Positions 41,501 to 52,285 of a stretch of 64,000 nucleotides of DNA are shown one piece after another. Every line of letters begins with the position of its first letter. Position 1 is the stretch's first letter. Origin of the DNA: Octopus vulgaris (lineage: Eukaryota); NCBI GenBank assembly GCA_951406725.2, contig OX597815.1, positions 103,602,001-103,666,000 on the forward strand. Reading direction: 5' to 3'. The notes beneath the pieces are model-generated. The model did no database searches. It worked only from the letters and a program-made list of their open reading frames with translations, and was not told where the DNA came from. Position numbers and translations under genes: made by a program.

Positions 41501-42844
41501 TTTCACCCTAAAGATGATAGCCGGCGTAATATTTCATACAATAACAATGTGCCCCAAAACATCCGTAAAATCGTACCAATATATTTAATTTATTACCAGC
41601 TCACCGATCTTGGAGTGACTGTAATGACAATAGCCATTGCATACACCCCTAAGCAGTGAATAGAAGAAATACATTTCAAGTTTATTAAACAAGTTCTTCC
41701 GCACCAGTTAAGTAGATTAATTATTTTTCTCTGAAAATTGAATAAAATGAACGTAAATGACGTATTTATATATCGGTAACATTTAATAGCTTGTGCAACC
41801 TATATCTTTACAATGGCTGTGAAGAATGTTTTTTTTTATTACGAAAGCTCATTAAACAGTTCAAGTTTAGTTCTGTAGGTAACTTCGTATAATGGATACG
41901 ATGTTAGTCTAAATGATTTATTGCGTTCAGTTGCAAGCGTCGTTGTTTTCCGTTATACGATAAAATCCCACCGGTTTTCCTGAAAGTAAAACGTCCAAAG
42001 TCGATATATTAAGTAACAGAAGTATACCTTCACTCAAATGAATATTATACATCTTTTATCCCATAAATTTCAACCTTCTTCTCAACGAGTTGATCAGGTA
42101 AGAAAAGAGGAAAAGATCAGGAGGAACATTATATATGCGGATTGTTTCTATTGTAATATACGTGCTATGTGAAAACATGGCTTATTTAGCGTGAGGTAAG
42201 AGTCGTTAAACATGAAGTACAAATATGTATTCATCACGTCTGTCAACATTAAATGTTTAATTTAATACAAAAGAAGCAAATGTTTTATACACACTTTAGC
42301 ATTGACAAACTTAGTACAGTGCAATAATATTGATCATTTAGTTAACACTCTGCAGGATAAACTTCTCAAAATACTACTGTGAAAAGAATGTTTTTTAACA
42401 AGACACTTCGTTCTTGACGGACGTCGTTATAAATCTGTAAATAAACACACTTTGTTTTTATCTTTCACCACCAGTTCATCATGTATCGAGTTGATATATG
42501 ATCAAGGTTCTTCCAATTATAACAAACCAGTAATCTTTTATTCGGGCACAGTTCAAGTAAAACGAAATTAGCCATAAGTTCATTCTATAGTAATAGCTAC
42601 GATTTGAAAATTTGCGGCTATGGGAAGAATCATTCGTTACTTCATATCGTGAATGGTATGAGCTTTATGAATGATGAGGAACGATAATGAGGGAAAACTA
42701 AAAGAGAGACAGAACCTAATAGCTTGGAGAATTAAAAGCAATCTAATATAAAGTCTTGGTATAATGGCCAGCGTCGTTAGAGTATCGGACACAATACCTT
42801 GCACTATTTCATGCAGAACTTTACCTATTGAAACATGCACATAT

Positions 42845-43001
42845 TCTTTTATTCTTTTACTTGTTTCAGTCAGGAGACTTCAACCAGGCTGAGGCACCGA
42901 CTTGAAGAATTTCAATCGAATAAATTGCCACCAGTATTTGTTTTAAGCCTGGCACACTCACACTCATATATACATACCTATGTGTGTATGTATGCGAGTG
43001 T

Positions 43002-43044
<43 letters not shown>

Positions 43045-43215
43045 TGTGTGTGTGTGTGCGTGTGTGTGTGTGCGTGTGTGTATACTACGGGTTTCTATCA
43101 GTTTCTGTCTACGAGCTTAGCAAAAGTCACTTGGCCGTGGTACTACGCAGTATGACTGAACCCGGAACCATTTGGTCCGGAAGCAAACGTCTTACTACAC
43201 AAACGCGCCTGGGCC
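42845..43215 (-). mobile_element. SINE family A, old, with an internal (TG)n tract
   Basis: Tail ttcttttacttgtttcagtca at 42852 and head tgaacccggaaccatttggtccggaagcaaacgtcttactacac at 43157-43200. Confidence 0.7.
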
Positions 43216-43306
43216 TATATAAATGTATTTATGAAACACACCGTAATGTGTGAGTATGTGTATATATTCACATGTACATATATGCATATATAAATACATA
43301 CATACA

Positions 43307-43339
<33 letters not shown>

Positions 43340-43374
43340 GCATATATACATACATACATACATATATACATACA

Positions 43375-43415
<41 letters not shown>

Positions 43416-43451
43416 GTGTATGTATGTATGTGTGTGTGTGTGTGTGTGTGT

Positions 43452-43755
43452 GGAGGCGCAATGGCCCAGTGGTTAGGGCAGCGGACTCGCAGTCGTAGTA
43501 TCGCGGTTTCGATTCTCAGACCGGGCGTTGTGAGTATTTATTGAGCGAAAACACCTCAAAACTCCACGAGGCTCTGGCAGGGGATGGTGGTGATCCCTGC
43601 TGTATTCTTTCGCCACAACTTTCTCTTACTCTTTCTTCTGTTGGCCTGCTTGCTTAGCCAGCGGGGTGGCGTCATTTGAAGGCTAACACAGTGCGAAACG
43701 CATTGTGGCCAGCGATGAGAAACAACATCTGATAGCCTGGTCGGACACGGTCACG

Positions 43756-43760
<5 letters not shown>
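43452..43760 (+). mobile_element. tRNA-derived SINE family C, apparently full length
   Basis: ggaggcgcaatggcccagtggttagggcagcggactcgc (A box), ggtttcgattctc (B box), GC-rich body, flanked by microsatellites. Confidence 0.85.
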
Positions 43761-43818
<58 letters not shown>

Positions 43819-43858
43819 TACCACGTGTAGTTTCTATTTTCTTTTTGTAACATATTTC

Positions 43859-43903
<45 letters not shown>

Positions 43904-43907
43904 TGAA

Positions 43908-44049
43908 GCCGCCGAGGTCGACTGTGCCTTTTATCCCTTCGGGGTCGATAAATAAAGTACCAGTTCCGCACTGGGGTCGATGTAATCGACTTAATCCCTT
44001 TGTCTGTCCTTGTTTGTCTCGTCTATGTTTAGCCCCTTGTTGGCAATAA

Positions 44050-44052
<3 letters not shown>
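43908..44052 (+). mobile_element. SINE with a Meta-like central domain, 5'-truncated
   Basis: ccgaggtcgactgtgccttttatcccttcggggtcgataaataaagtaccag resembles the MetaSINE core. Confidence 0.7.
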
Positions 44053-44110
<58 letters not shown>

Positions 44111-45313
44111 GGTACATTTACATTTATATGTACATACCCACATAGAGTGGGAGAGTGGGAGATAGTGTGGGAATTAGTGAAAGAAGAAGAGCTAGATACC
44201 ATTATTTAATGCAAAAGTGTCTACCTTACGACATTGCAGCTAAAAGCCCGTTTATTAAAAAAACTAATTACTCGTAAGCGTATCTTACATTTACACCCCA
44301 CCCACCGACGCTATATAATGGCTGGTAGAATACTATTTTATCGACAAAAGGCAAACGTCTTGGTGTACACTAACAGTGTAAAATGTATTTATTGTCATAG
44401 TGAAGAGAAGTTTGAAACGTTCAGCACGCAACGAATAGTGTTTGCAAACGAGTATTTTTGACTCCACGCTTAGATTAATACCTTATCAGGAGATGTAACT
44501 CCACAGGAACGGTAGTGGTTGTAACTGGATACCGAGAGAAAGTCAAGTTGTATACAATCGGTGATGGTACGCACTATTTGTCATCTTTGAGACGTTAGAA
44601 ATTATGATGAAAGTGTAATATTTGACGATTCGCTATTCAAAAATTCATAAAAGATCTTTCCTCATCCAGTTAGTAATAATCGAGTTTATAGAAATATCAT
44701 TTGAATATACATCACACCTTTATTTATTAACCCAGCTATAATCAAGAGTCTCCAGCGTATTTCTCGTTTATGGAATTTCTTGAAACAAAGAATTGCTCAT
44801 CACAGACGAACATTGAGGCCTATCGATTTACTTTACATTTTCTTTCAATTTACAGCAATACAAAGCACATTAAACACATTGTGTAATTGGAATAATTATG
44901 CTGTAAATATATAGATTCGATTCTTGTTCAGTTAACCAGCAGAGTGTAACAGGATGTCGTTGCATTCGCAAGGGAGGAGAAACGATTACGAGAATAAGAT
45001 AGTTTATATTAATGGTGATGATGGAATTGTTGTTGATGGTAATCGAGTTGCTTAGTCCCTGGTCTACGCATTTCGAAATGATCTATCACCAAATACATTC
45101 CAGATGTGATCACCCCATCTTTTTGTATGTCAGAGAAAGCGTTGTCCGTTATATCACTTTCCATTTAATTGTGGGAGAATTGACATATTTCAAGAAAGTT
45201 GCGTACTGATGGTATTGATGAGTGATGGTCAGGTTGATGATCATCGTGTGGTCGGCAGTGTGACAGAGTAGAAACCGATAAGTTGAAAACAACGACGACG
45301 ACGGAACAGAATG

Positions 45314-45457
45314 GAAGAAGAAGAAGAAGAAGAAGAAGAAGAAGAAGAAGAAGAAGAAGAAGAAGAAGAAGAAGAAGAAGAAGAAGAAGAAGAAGAAGAA
45401 GAAGAAGAAGAAGAAGAAGAAGAAGAAGAAGAAGAAGAAGAAGAAGAAGAAGAAGAA
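45314..45457. repeat. (GAA)48 pure trinucleotide repeat
   Basis: Direct reading of the sequence. Confidence 0.95.
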
Positions 45458-46479
45458 TGGTGGAGGGTTGGGTGTAATAGGAGTGACGGTGGAAGTAATA
45501 TAGTGGCAGGAGGAAAGCATAGCAAATATTTGAAGTTTTAATATGCTATATAAATGTTGAAAATTAGGAAATTAACACAGTTTGAGAAGACACGTTATTT
45601 CAGCTTTGTCTTAAAATATTTGTCAAGATGACGCTGCTTCTTTAATTATATTATTCTTTCATGTAACTCCTTTCCTATTAACACAATCAACAATTAATTT
45701 ACCGGAGCCAGTCAGTAAGTTCTAATGTCTAATGCATGTACTTTATTGGTATTTACATTGTTTCAAATTTGATCATGACAAAGTGTAGCTAATATTCTGT
45801 CATGATCAAATTTTGCTAATACTTTAATCATGGCTGACATGATCAAAAATTGTCTCTTGTGATGGATATAACTGTTCATTTTCAATGTTCTGCATGTGTC
45901 ACTATATAACGCTCGCTGCCCCAACCAAACCTCATTCAACCTCATCTCACTCGCTTTTGTCGTTTCTCCTCCCTCTTCTATACTTACACGAACATCACGG
46001 TCCAACAAATTATCTCTGTGTTTAGCAGGCTCTCTAGAAATACCCAGCAAATCCAGTCAAATGCAACGTAATGTCTGGAAAGATGGGCACGTTGTACAAT
46101 ACAGACATTGATCCTAACCCTGCATCTTCAAGCCAGATATGTAGCTAATGAAAGCAGTTATCATTTTGACCAAAATAAAAGGTCGATTTTCTTTCCTATC
46201 CAAGCGAGTTTCTTCTGAGCAATTCATTGACAATGATTCAAACAACAATTTAGCATCGATAACAAAACAACTGTGTTGAACATATGAACTGTAAAAAAAC
46301 ACATAAATGTTATATAGGAATTTTTCTCCTCCGCTTATTTTCCTTCTATATCCAAAAGACTTTCGAATTGTTTAACTGTTAGAAATTATTCTGAGACCGG
46401 TGACCTAACCCAAACGATTACGACAGGCAAGATGCCGCTAAAAAGCATCCAAGAGCATCACGGATGAGTAATAGCTCAC

Positions 46480-46630
46480 CATTTCTTTGAAACTGTTTAT
46501 GTCTATTTACGCACAGGATTTCAATCGGTCCGGAGCTTTGCCTGAAAAAACTGGGTCAAAATGTTCTGCTGCGTGATCGAACCCCAAAACATGAACTTGA
46601 AAATAACTTCTTAAACACAGCAGCTCCTAT
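46480..46630 (-). mobile_element. Old tRNA-derived SINE head
   Basis: Reverse complement ggagctgctgtgtttaagaagtt..ttggggttcgatcacgcagc carries a B box. Confidence 0.45.
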
Positions 46631-47076
46631 ATTTATGACTTTAAACAATGAAGTTAAAATAGTTGTGAGCTTAACCGGAATCGAGTTGCACTCACCTTAA
46701 AGAAAAATTGACTGCTCACTTCCCAAAATAAGACGCATGAGATGCGATATAATTATTATTTTGTATTTAATACAACTGTTATTGAATATCGTTAGAAGAT
46801 TCCATCATATAAATCACTTGACTACCGTATTTCAGAGGGCAGAACTTGCAGGAAAAGTTTTATAACTTAGTACTAAGCGATCGGAAAGGATTTTATTCGA
46901 AAAAAAAAAAAATACATATTCAAAATGTTTTTTTTTTAAATAAATAACGGTAAACGATATACGTATACGAATGCGTACATATATACTATAGACCAGCGTG
47001 GTTGCAAAGCTCTCTTCTTAAGCACATAGCTATGACTGTACCCAAAATATTACATCCAGTTATTTACATGTTAGTT

Positions 47077-47300
47077 AAGGCGACAAACTGGTAGAATTGT
47101 TATCGCGCCGGGCAAAATGCATGGCGGCATTTCGCCCGTCTTGGCGTTATGTGTCCAAATGCCACTGGGGTTGAATTTGCCTTTCATCCTTTCGGAGACG
47201 ATAAAATAAGTTCCATTTAAGCACAGAAAGTTCCTTTTGAGCACAGTAAGTTCCATTTCAGAGCCCCCACCCCTGAACTTGTTGGCCTCGTGACAAATTT
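47077..47300 (+). mobile_element. SINE with a Meta-like domain
   Basis: ggcgacaaactggtagaattgttatcgcgccgggcaaaatgc..tttgcctttcatcctttcggagacgataaaataag. Confidence 0.75.
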
Positions 47301-47305
47301 TCAAT

Positions 47306-47740
47306 TGGATATGGAGGTTGGTCCGCATTTCCGTGAAGGTATAGGTCCTTAATCTATTCCTTCAACATGAATGCAACATTCAAAATACTGCCAATTTACT
47401 GCCTGGTTTTACCTGGTATTATACTTAAGGACCTATACCTTCACAGAAGTACGGACCAACTTCCATACCCACTGGAAGAAGATGAGCTGGGAACTTTATT
47501 CTCCTGTCTTTATTCTTCTGTCTATCTATTTCTATCTCTATCTACTCTTTTATTCTTTATTCTTCTATCTACAATTTTATTCCTTTATAAACTATGAATG
47601 CTCTGTCTAGAACTTTCATGCATACTCACCTTCTCTCGGATAACGGAATACTCAGTGTATATAGAGATGCTACCCTATCACTTGGGATAACACCACGTAA
47701 AAAGAATTGTGCGGTAGAGTCCTAAACCTCTAAACATCTA
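47306..47740. mobile_element. PLE-like repeat with a short inverted 5' arm; same family as 51038-51320
   Basis: 47306-47352 is the reverse complement of 47425-47471. Body gaagtac.gaccaac.tccata.ccactgga.aagatgag is shared with 51060-51100. Confidence 0.7.
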
Positions 47741-47789
47741 ATCTTGAATTTGTCTCATATATCTTTATTCTTTTCTACATGCTTGACGA

Positions 47790-48436
47790 GATAGATTCGT
47801 TCTACGAACCTAGGAAACTTTAAATTGCATAATGCTATCTAGCTATCAGCGGTTTCAAAGTTAATATATGTTACAATACTTAAAGTAAAAAAATATGAAT
47901 CCTAAACATAGACCTGGAAAAATAATATGGATCTTCCTTCAATGTTAAAATTAATTAAAGCAGGAAATTCGTCTCTTTTAGATATGTATTTTCCAGTAAA
48001 GCATAAAAACAAGATTGGTAATAGATAACTAAAAACATTGAAGTATGATACGGCTGCTGCACTATTATGAAGAACCTTATCACTAGTATGCATCAAGAGG
48101 ATCCCACACCCAGTTGTAATTGTCAAGACCCTGAAGCTTGCCCACTAGATAAGGCGTGTAATGATAAAATACATAATCCACGAGGAAGAAGTTACAGCAA
48201 CGCTTCATGATAACGTAACTGAAAAGAAGATTTTGTACGAAGGCGACTTCAAAAGATCTTATACAAACCACTAGCATTCTTTCCGACACATCGACATAAG
48301 TAAAGCCACTAAGATGGCTATCCACATACGGAATTTCAAGATCAACTACACGACGCCACATACGATCAAATAGAGAATTGTAGAGAAATCCATACCATAT
48401 GTGAACGTATTTAAGAAATGCAACTCATGTGATCGG
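47790..48436 (+). pseudogene. Penelope-like element (Naiad-like) linker and GIY-YIG endonuclease fragment
   Basis: Translation KIIW...SCNCQDPEACPLDKAC...EGDFKRSYTNH*HSFRH..ATKMAIHI..IK*RIVEKSIPYVNVFKKCNSC. CxC-CPL-C knuckle, FK.RY.NH..SF and CxxC motifs are present; stops and frameshifts throughout. Confidence 0.85.
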
Positions 48437-48975
48437 CCATTCGTTTTAGCTCTAAGAATTCCACCGCATCACTTTCGAGGTCCAAAATTTTCTTTGCGAA
48501 AACCTCTCCAAATTGAGCAGCTCTCTGGTAGACTTTAGACTTCTCTCCGTTGAATTCTACAACTAGTTTAATTATGGCTTGTGCAGTGAAAGGAGATGTA
48601 ACTTAAGTTTTCTCTCTTTCCTTTTTTTTTCCATTTTTAATCACCCTTCCAACTTTCTCATGAACTTCCTCTTTCTTTCACGTTTCTATTTTCGTGTTTT
48701 CTCATCGTTCTGATTTTCAAATAGAACAGCTCATGTGGTTCGAGCCTTAAGATTGCTTGGAAACACAAGGAACATTATAAAAACCTACCCAGCTATGTGT
48801 CTTCACGGCAAAAAATTATTCGTAGTTCTTATTTCTATACTGTATTTATCAAATGATTTTTATCTCTCACTAGATAGAGTATATATTTTTGTTAATATTA
48901 CCTCAATGGAGTAGTAAACTATATACATATATATATATATATATATATAGTTTATAGCTACAGAGATTATAGCCA

Positions 48976-49927
48976 GTTATTTGATATACCAATTTACATA
49001 TTAAACGCATTCCTATGACTCGTATGTAAATATTAATGACTTGTAAGCACGTGATATTTCGTTATGCAAGCATAATATACTATAATGTATATTAAATGTT
49101 TTTTTATGTGTCAACACCAAGTTCTACTGCGTTAGCAGTCCTGTTTACATTATTTTGTTAAGGTTATTTCTACAGAAATTATAGCCAGCATTGACTTTTG
49201 CTACAACGTTTCGTATCGAGACGCCAGATGTAAAAAAAAACCAAAGAACAATTAGATCGGAGACAAAAATTCGTATTGAGTTTATATACCATACTTCGGT
49301 GGGTTTTGTCCCTTCATCAGCACCCATCTGACTCACTCTTACCTCCGAACACATTGCTTATACAGCCACTGCATACAGCGATGTTAAGTTATTGGATATA
49401 CCAATTTACATATTAAACAAAATAATGCTAAAAAATAATGTAAAAAAGCACTGCTAATGTAGTAGAACGTGGTGTTGACTCATAAAAGCATTTGATATAC
49501 TTTATAATACATTATACTTGCATAACGAAATACCACGTGCCTACAAGTCGTTAATTTTTACATACCAACCCTAGGAATTCTTTTAATATGTAAATTGGTA
49601 TATTCAATAACTTAACAACGCTATGTGCGGTGGCTACATAAGTAATGTGTACGGAGGCAAGAATAAGTTAGATGGGTGCTGATGAAGGGACAACCCCCAC
49701 CCTACGAAATATGGCATATAACTCGTTACCGATTTTTGTCTACGATCTCATTTGTTTACATCTGACATCTCGATACGAAACGCTGTGGCAAAAAAATTTC
49801 TGTAGAAATAACCTTAACAAAATAATGTAAACAGGACTACTAGCGCAGTTGAATGTGGTGATGGCTCATAAAAACATTTAATATATTTCATAGAATATTA
49901 GGCTTGCACAACGAATTACAACGTGCA
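48976..49927. mobile_element. Inverted pair of greater-than-unit-length, circularly permuted ~390-410-bp monomers carrying CTGATGA cores
   Basis: Left arm (minus, 48976-49418) repeats its end with period 412. Right arm (plus, ~49415-49927) repeats with period ~387. The arms are reverse complements in a different register. Confidence 0.85.
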
Positions 49928-50542
49928 TATATATATGTAATTTCTCAAAGATGAATACATGTGTATACTGTCTAATGTTTCGTAAGGATCCATTGTACTT
50001 AAGTAAAATCAAGATGATGATATAACAAAGTAGTATTTAAACAAGGCGACTACTGAAAATCAGTTTAGGTAAAGAGATACAATACATATGCAACGTATTG
50101 TTTCCTTGGACTTATTTATATATGTTGGGGGGTGAGTGTGTGTATGCGCGCGCGCACAAAAAGTGAGATTTTGGAAATATACACATTTATAAAGCCTCCT
50201 GGATATAACATAAGGCAACTTACTGCACTTAAAACGAGTTGAAATGTAAAATTTGAACACCGTCCTTTTGGATGCAAATGCCATACATAAAAGCGTTACG
50301 AAATTTGGATGTAATATTTAAAATAGTGAATACGAGCAACATAACGAATACTTTACGAGCGTGATCAATATAGTTATATAAACACAGAATGTAAGTACAG
50401 TAAATAAAATGCATTGTACCAGTTTTTAATCATTTCTGTATTGTTTATGAAATAATTCGGTGTTATTTTATGTTAGCTACGAGTGGAATTTGAATAGTCT
50501 CCTTCTAGTGACAAAAGCAACATGTATACGTCTCTCTCATTT

Positions 50543-50580
<38 letters not shown>

Positions 50581-50586
50581 ACTCTC

Positions 50587-50620
<34 letters not shown>

Positions 50621-51037
50621 CATATATATATATATATGTATGTATATATGTCTGTACATATACATATGTGTGTGTGGGATTGTGAGTGTATGTGGGTGCG
50701 TGTGTGCATACGTGTGTATATGTGTATGTGTATATGTGTGTGTGTATTTACAAAATCTCTTTGAAGAATTACTAGATTTGAATACGAAAGTAGCCAAACA
50801 ATGCAAATACTATTCACAGCTTCTTTATATTTTTATAAAAATAATATTGACATTAAACTACGTGCAATACCAGCAATGATTGTGATGTTCTTGCTAGCTG
50901 CTGCCAGGATAATTTTTCGTCCCACCCACATACACAATAAATTTTTAACATGGCACGTTAAGGAAGGATTTTACCTCGAAGAAAACTGCAATATCTCTGA
51001 TGGCAATGGCATATATATATATATTTATGGGATTTTA

Positions 51038-51320
51038 ATTAAAAGTCTGTACTTTCATGGAAGTACCGACCAACATCCATATCCACTGGAAAAAGATGAG
51101 TTGTGAACATCATTTTCCTGCCTATATTCTTCTAACTAATTTTACTCTTTATTATATTTTACTCCTTTATTCTTCTGTTTATTTCCTTATAAACTGTGAA
51201 TTTTATTCGTTTTAAATTGTAAAAATATTCATACCTTGTCTCTGATGACGGAATACCCCGTGTAAGAACATGCTAACCTACCTCTTCGGTTATCCTAGAA
51301 ACTGCCTCAAGACTTGAAAT
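51038..51320 (+). mobile_element. PLE-like repeat with a degenerate hammerhead at 51238-51313
   Basis: gtct-CTGATGA-cggaataccccg...cggttatccta-GAAAC-tgcctca-agac. Stem I is gtct/agac. Confidence 0.65.
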
Positions 51321-51459
51321 TATTCTAAATGACTTGAGATATTCGTTCTGCCTTGGTTTTCATTTTTACATCTAATATAATATAATGCATACACACACAC
51401 ATATGTATGTGTGTGTGTGTCTGTGAGTGTGTATGTGTGTGTGTGCATACAGAGAGAGA

Positions 51460-51510
51460 TACTAGCAGAAGTACCCGCCGTTGCCCGTGTTGAATATGAA
51501 AATGAGATAT
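51460..51510 (+). mobile_element. Helitron/Helentron-associated terminus fragment
   Basis: tACTAGcagaagtacccgccgttgcccgtg resembles the ACTAG plus GC-hairpin end of DINE/HINE-like elements. Confidence 0.4.
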
Positions 51511-51630
51511 ACGTATATATACATACATAGATATATACATATAAGCATACATACTTACACACATACATACACATATACATATATACATACATGCATGCAT
51601 ACATACATACATTCATACATACCTATATAC

Positions 51631-51707
<77 letters not shown>

Positions 51708-51935
51708 TAGATAAACGAAGATAGGTTTCAACCAAAGATTGGTCTAGGCCATGTCTAACTTCACCTGATAGGATTATCTAAGGCAAGTTTTGTTTATGGT
51801 CCATTCAAGTAGTGAGATCTCGTTGAGTGTGTTATATCCAGTTATGGGGTAATTTTGCCTCTTTTTATGGAAGCAAAAATGTTTATAAAACTGCAAGAAA
51901 GAAAATCTCAAATGAGATTGAGACAGAGATAAAAC

Positions 51936-52157
51936 ACATTGATTAGAGAACAAACATCAAATTCGAGTCAACGACTTATTAACACCACGCTTCAATACAT
52001 TTGATCGTATATAAATATTACCATAGCTTTTATATATAAATATATATTCTTTATATGCTAAAAGCCATGGTAATATTTATATATGATGAAATATATGAAA
52101 GCGTGGTGTTATATAAAGTCATTGACTCCAATTTGATGTTTGCTCTCTAATCAATGT
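51936..52157. repeat. Foldback with ~97-bp arms and a 26-nt spacer
   Basis: acattgattagagaacaaacatcaaatt..aacaccacgctt..taccatagcttttA / Taaaagccatggta..aagcgtggtgtt..aatttgatgtttgctctctaatcaatgt. Confidence 0.85.
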
Positions 52158-52168
52158 ATATATATATA

Positions 52169-52201
<33 letters not shown>

Positions 52202-52227
52202 ATATGCATGTATGTATGTATGTATGC

Positions 52228-52285
<58 letters not shown>

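Noticed and set aside
43452-43525. tRNA gene candidates (also 8550, 18751-18816, 58896)
   Set aside because: A/B boxes are present, but I could not form a proper acceptor stem, and each continues into a SINE body.
45149-45541. Poly-E/R/F/S ORFs (also poly-K/S at 55806-56045 and poly-L/I at 18867-19145)
   Set aside because: They are trinucleotide repeats with no supporting gene structure.
46424-46440. miR-31-like AGGCAAGATG
   Set aside because: Only a 10-nt match with no hairpin partner.
48270-48380. Selenocysteine readthrough in the Naiad-like fragment
   Set aside because: The in-frame stops seen are TAG rather than TGA and occur alongside frameshifts, which fits simple decay.
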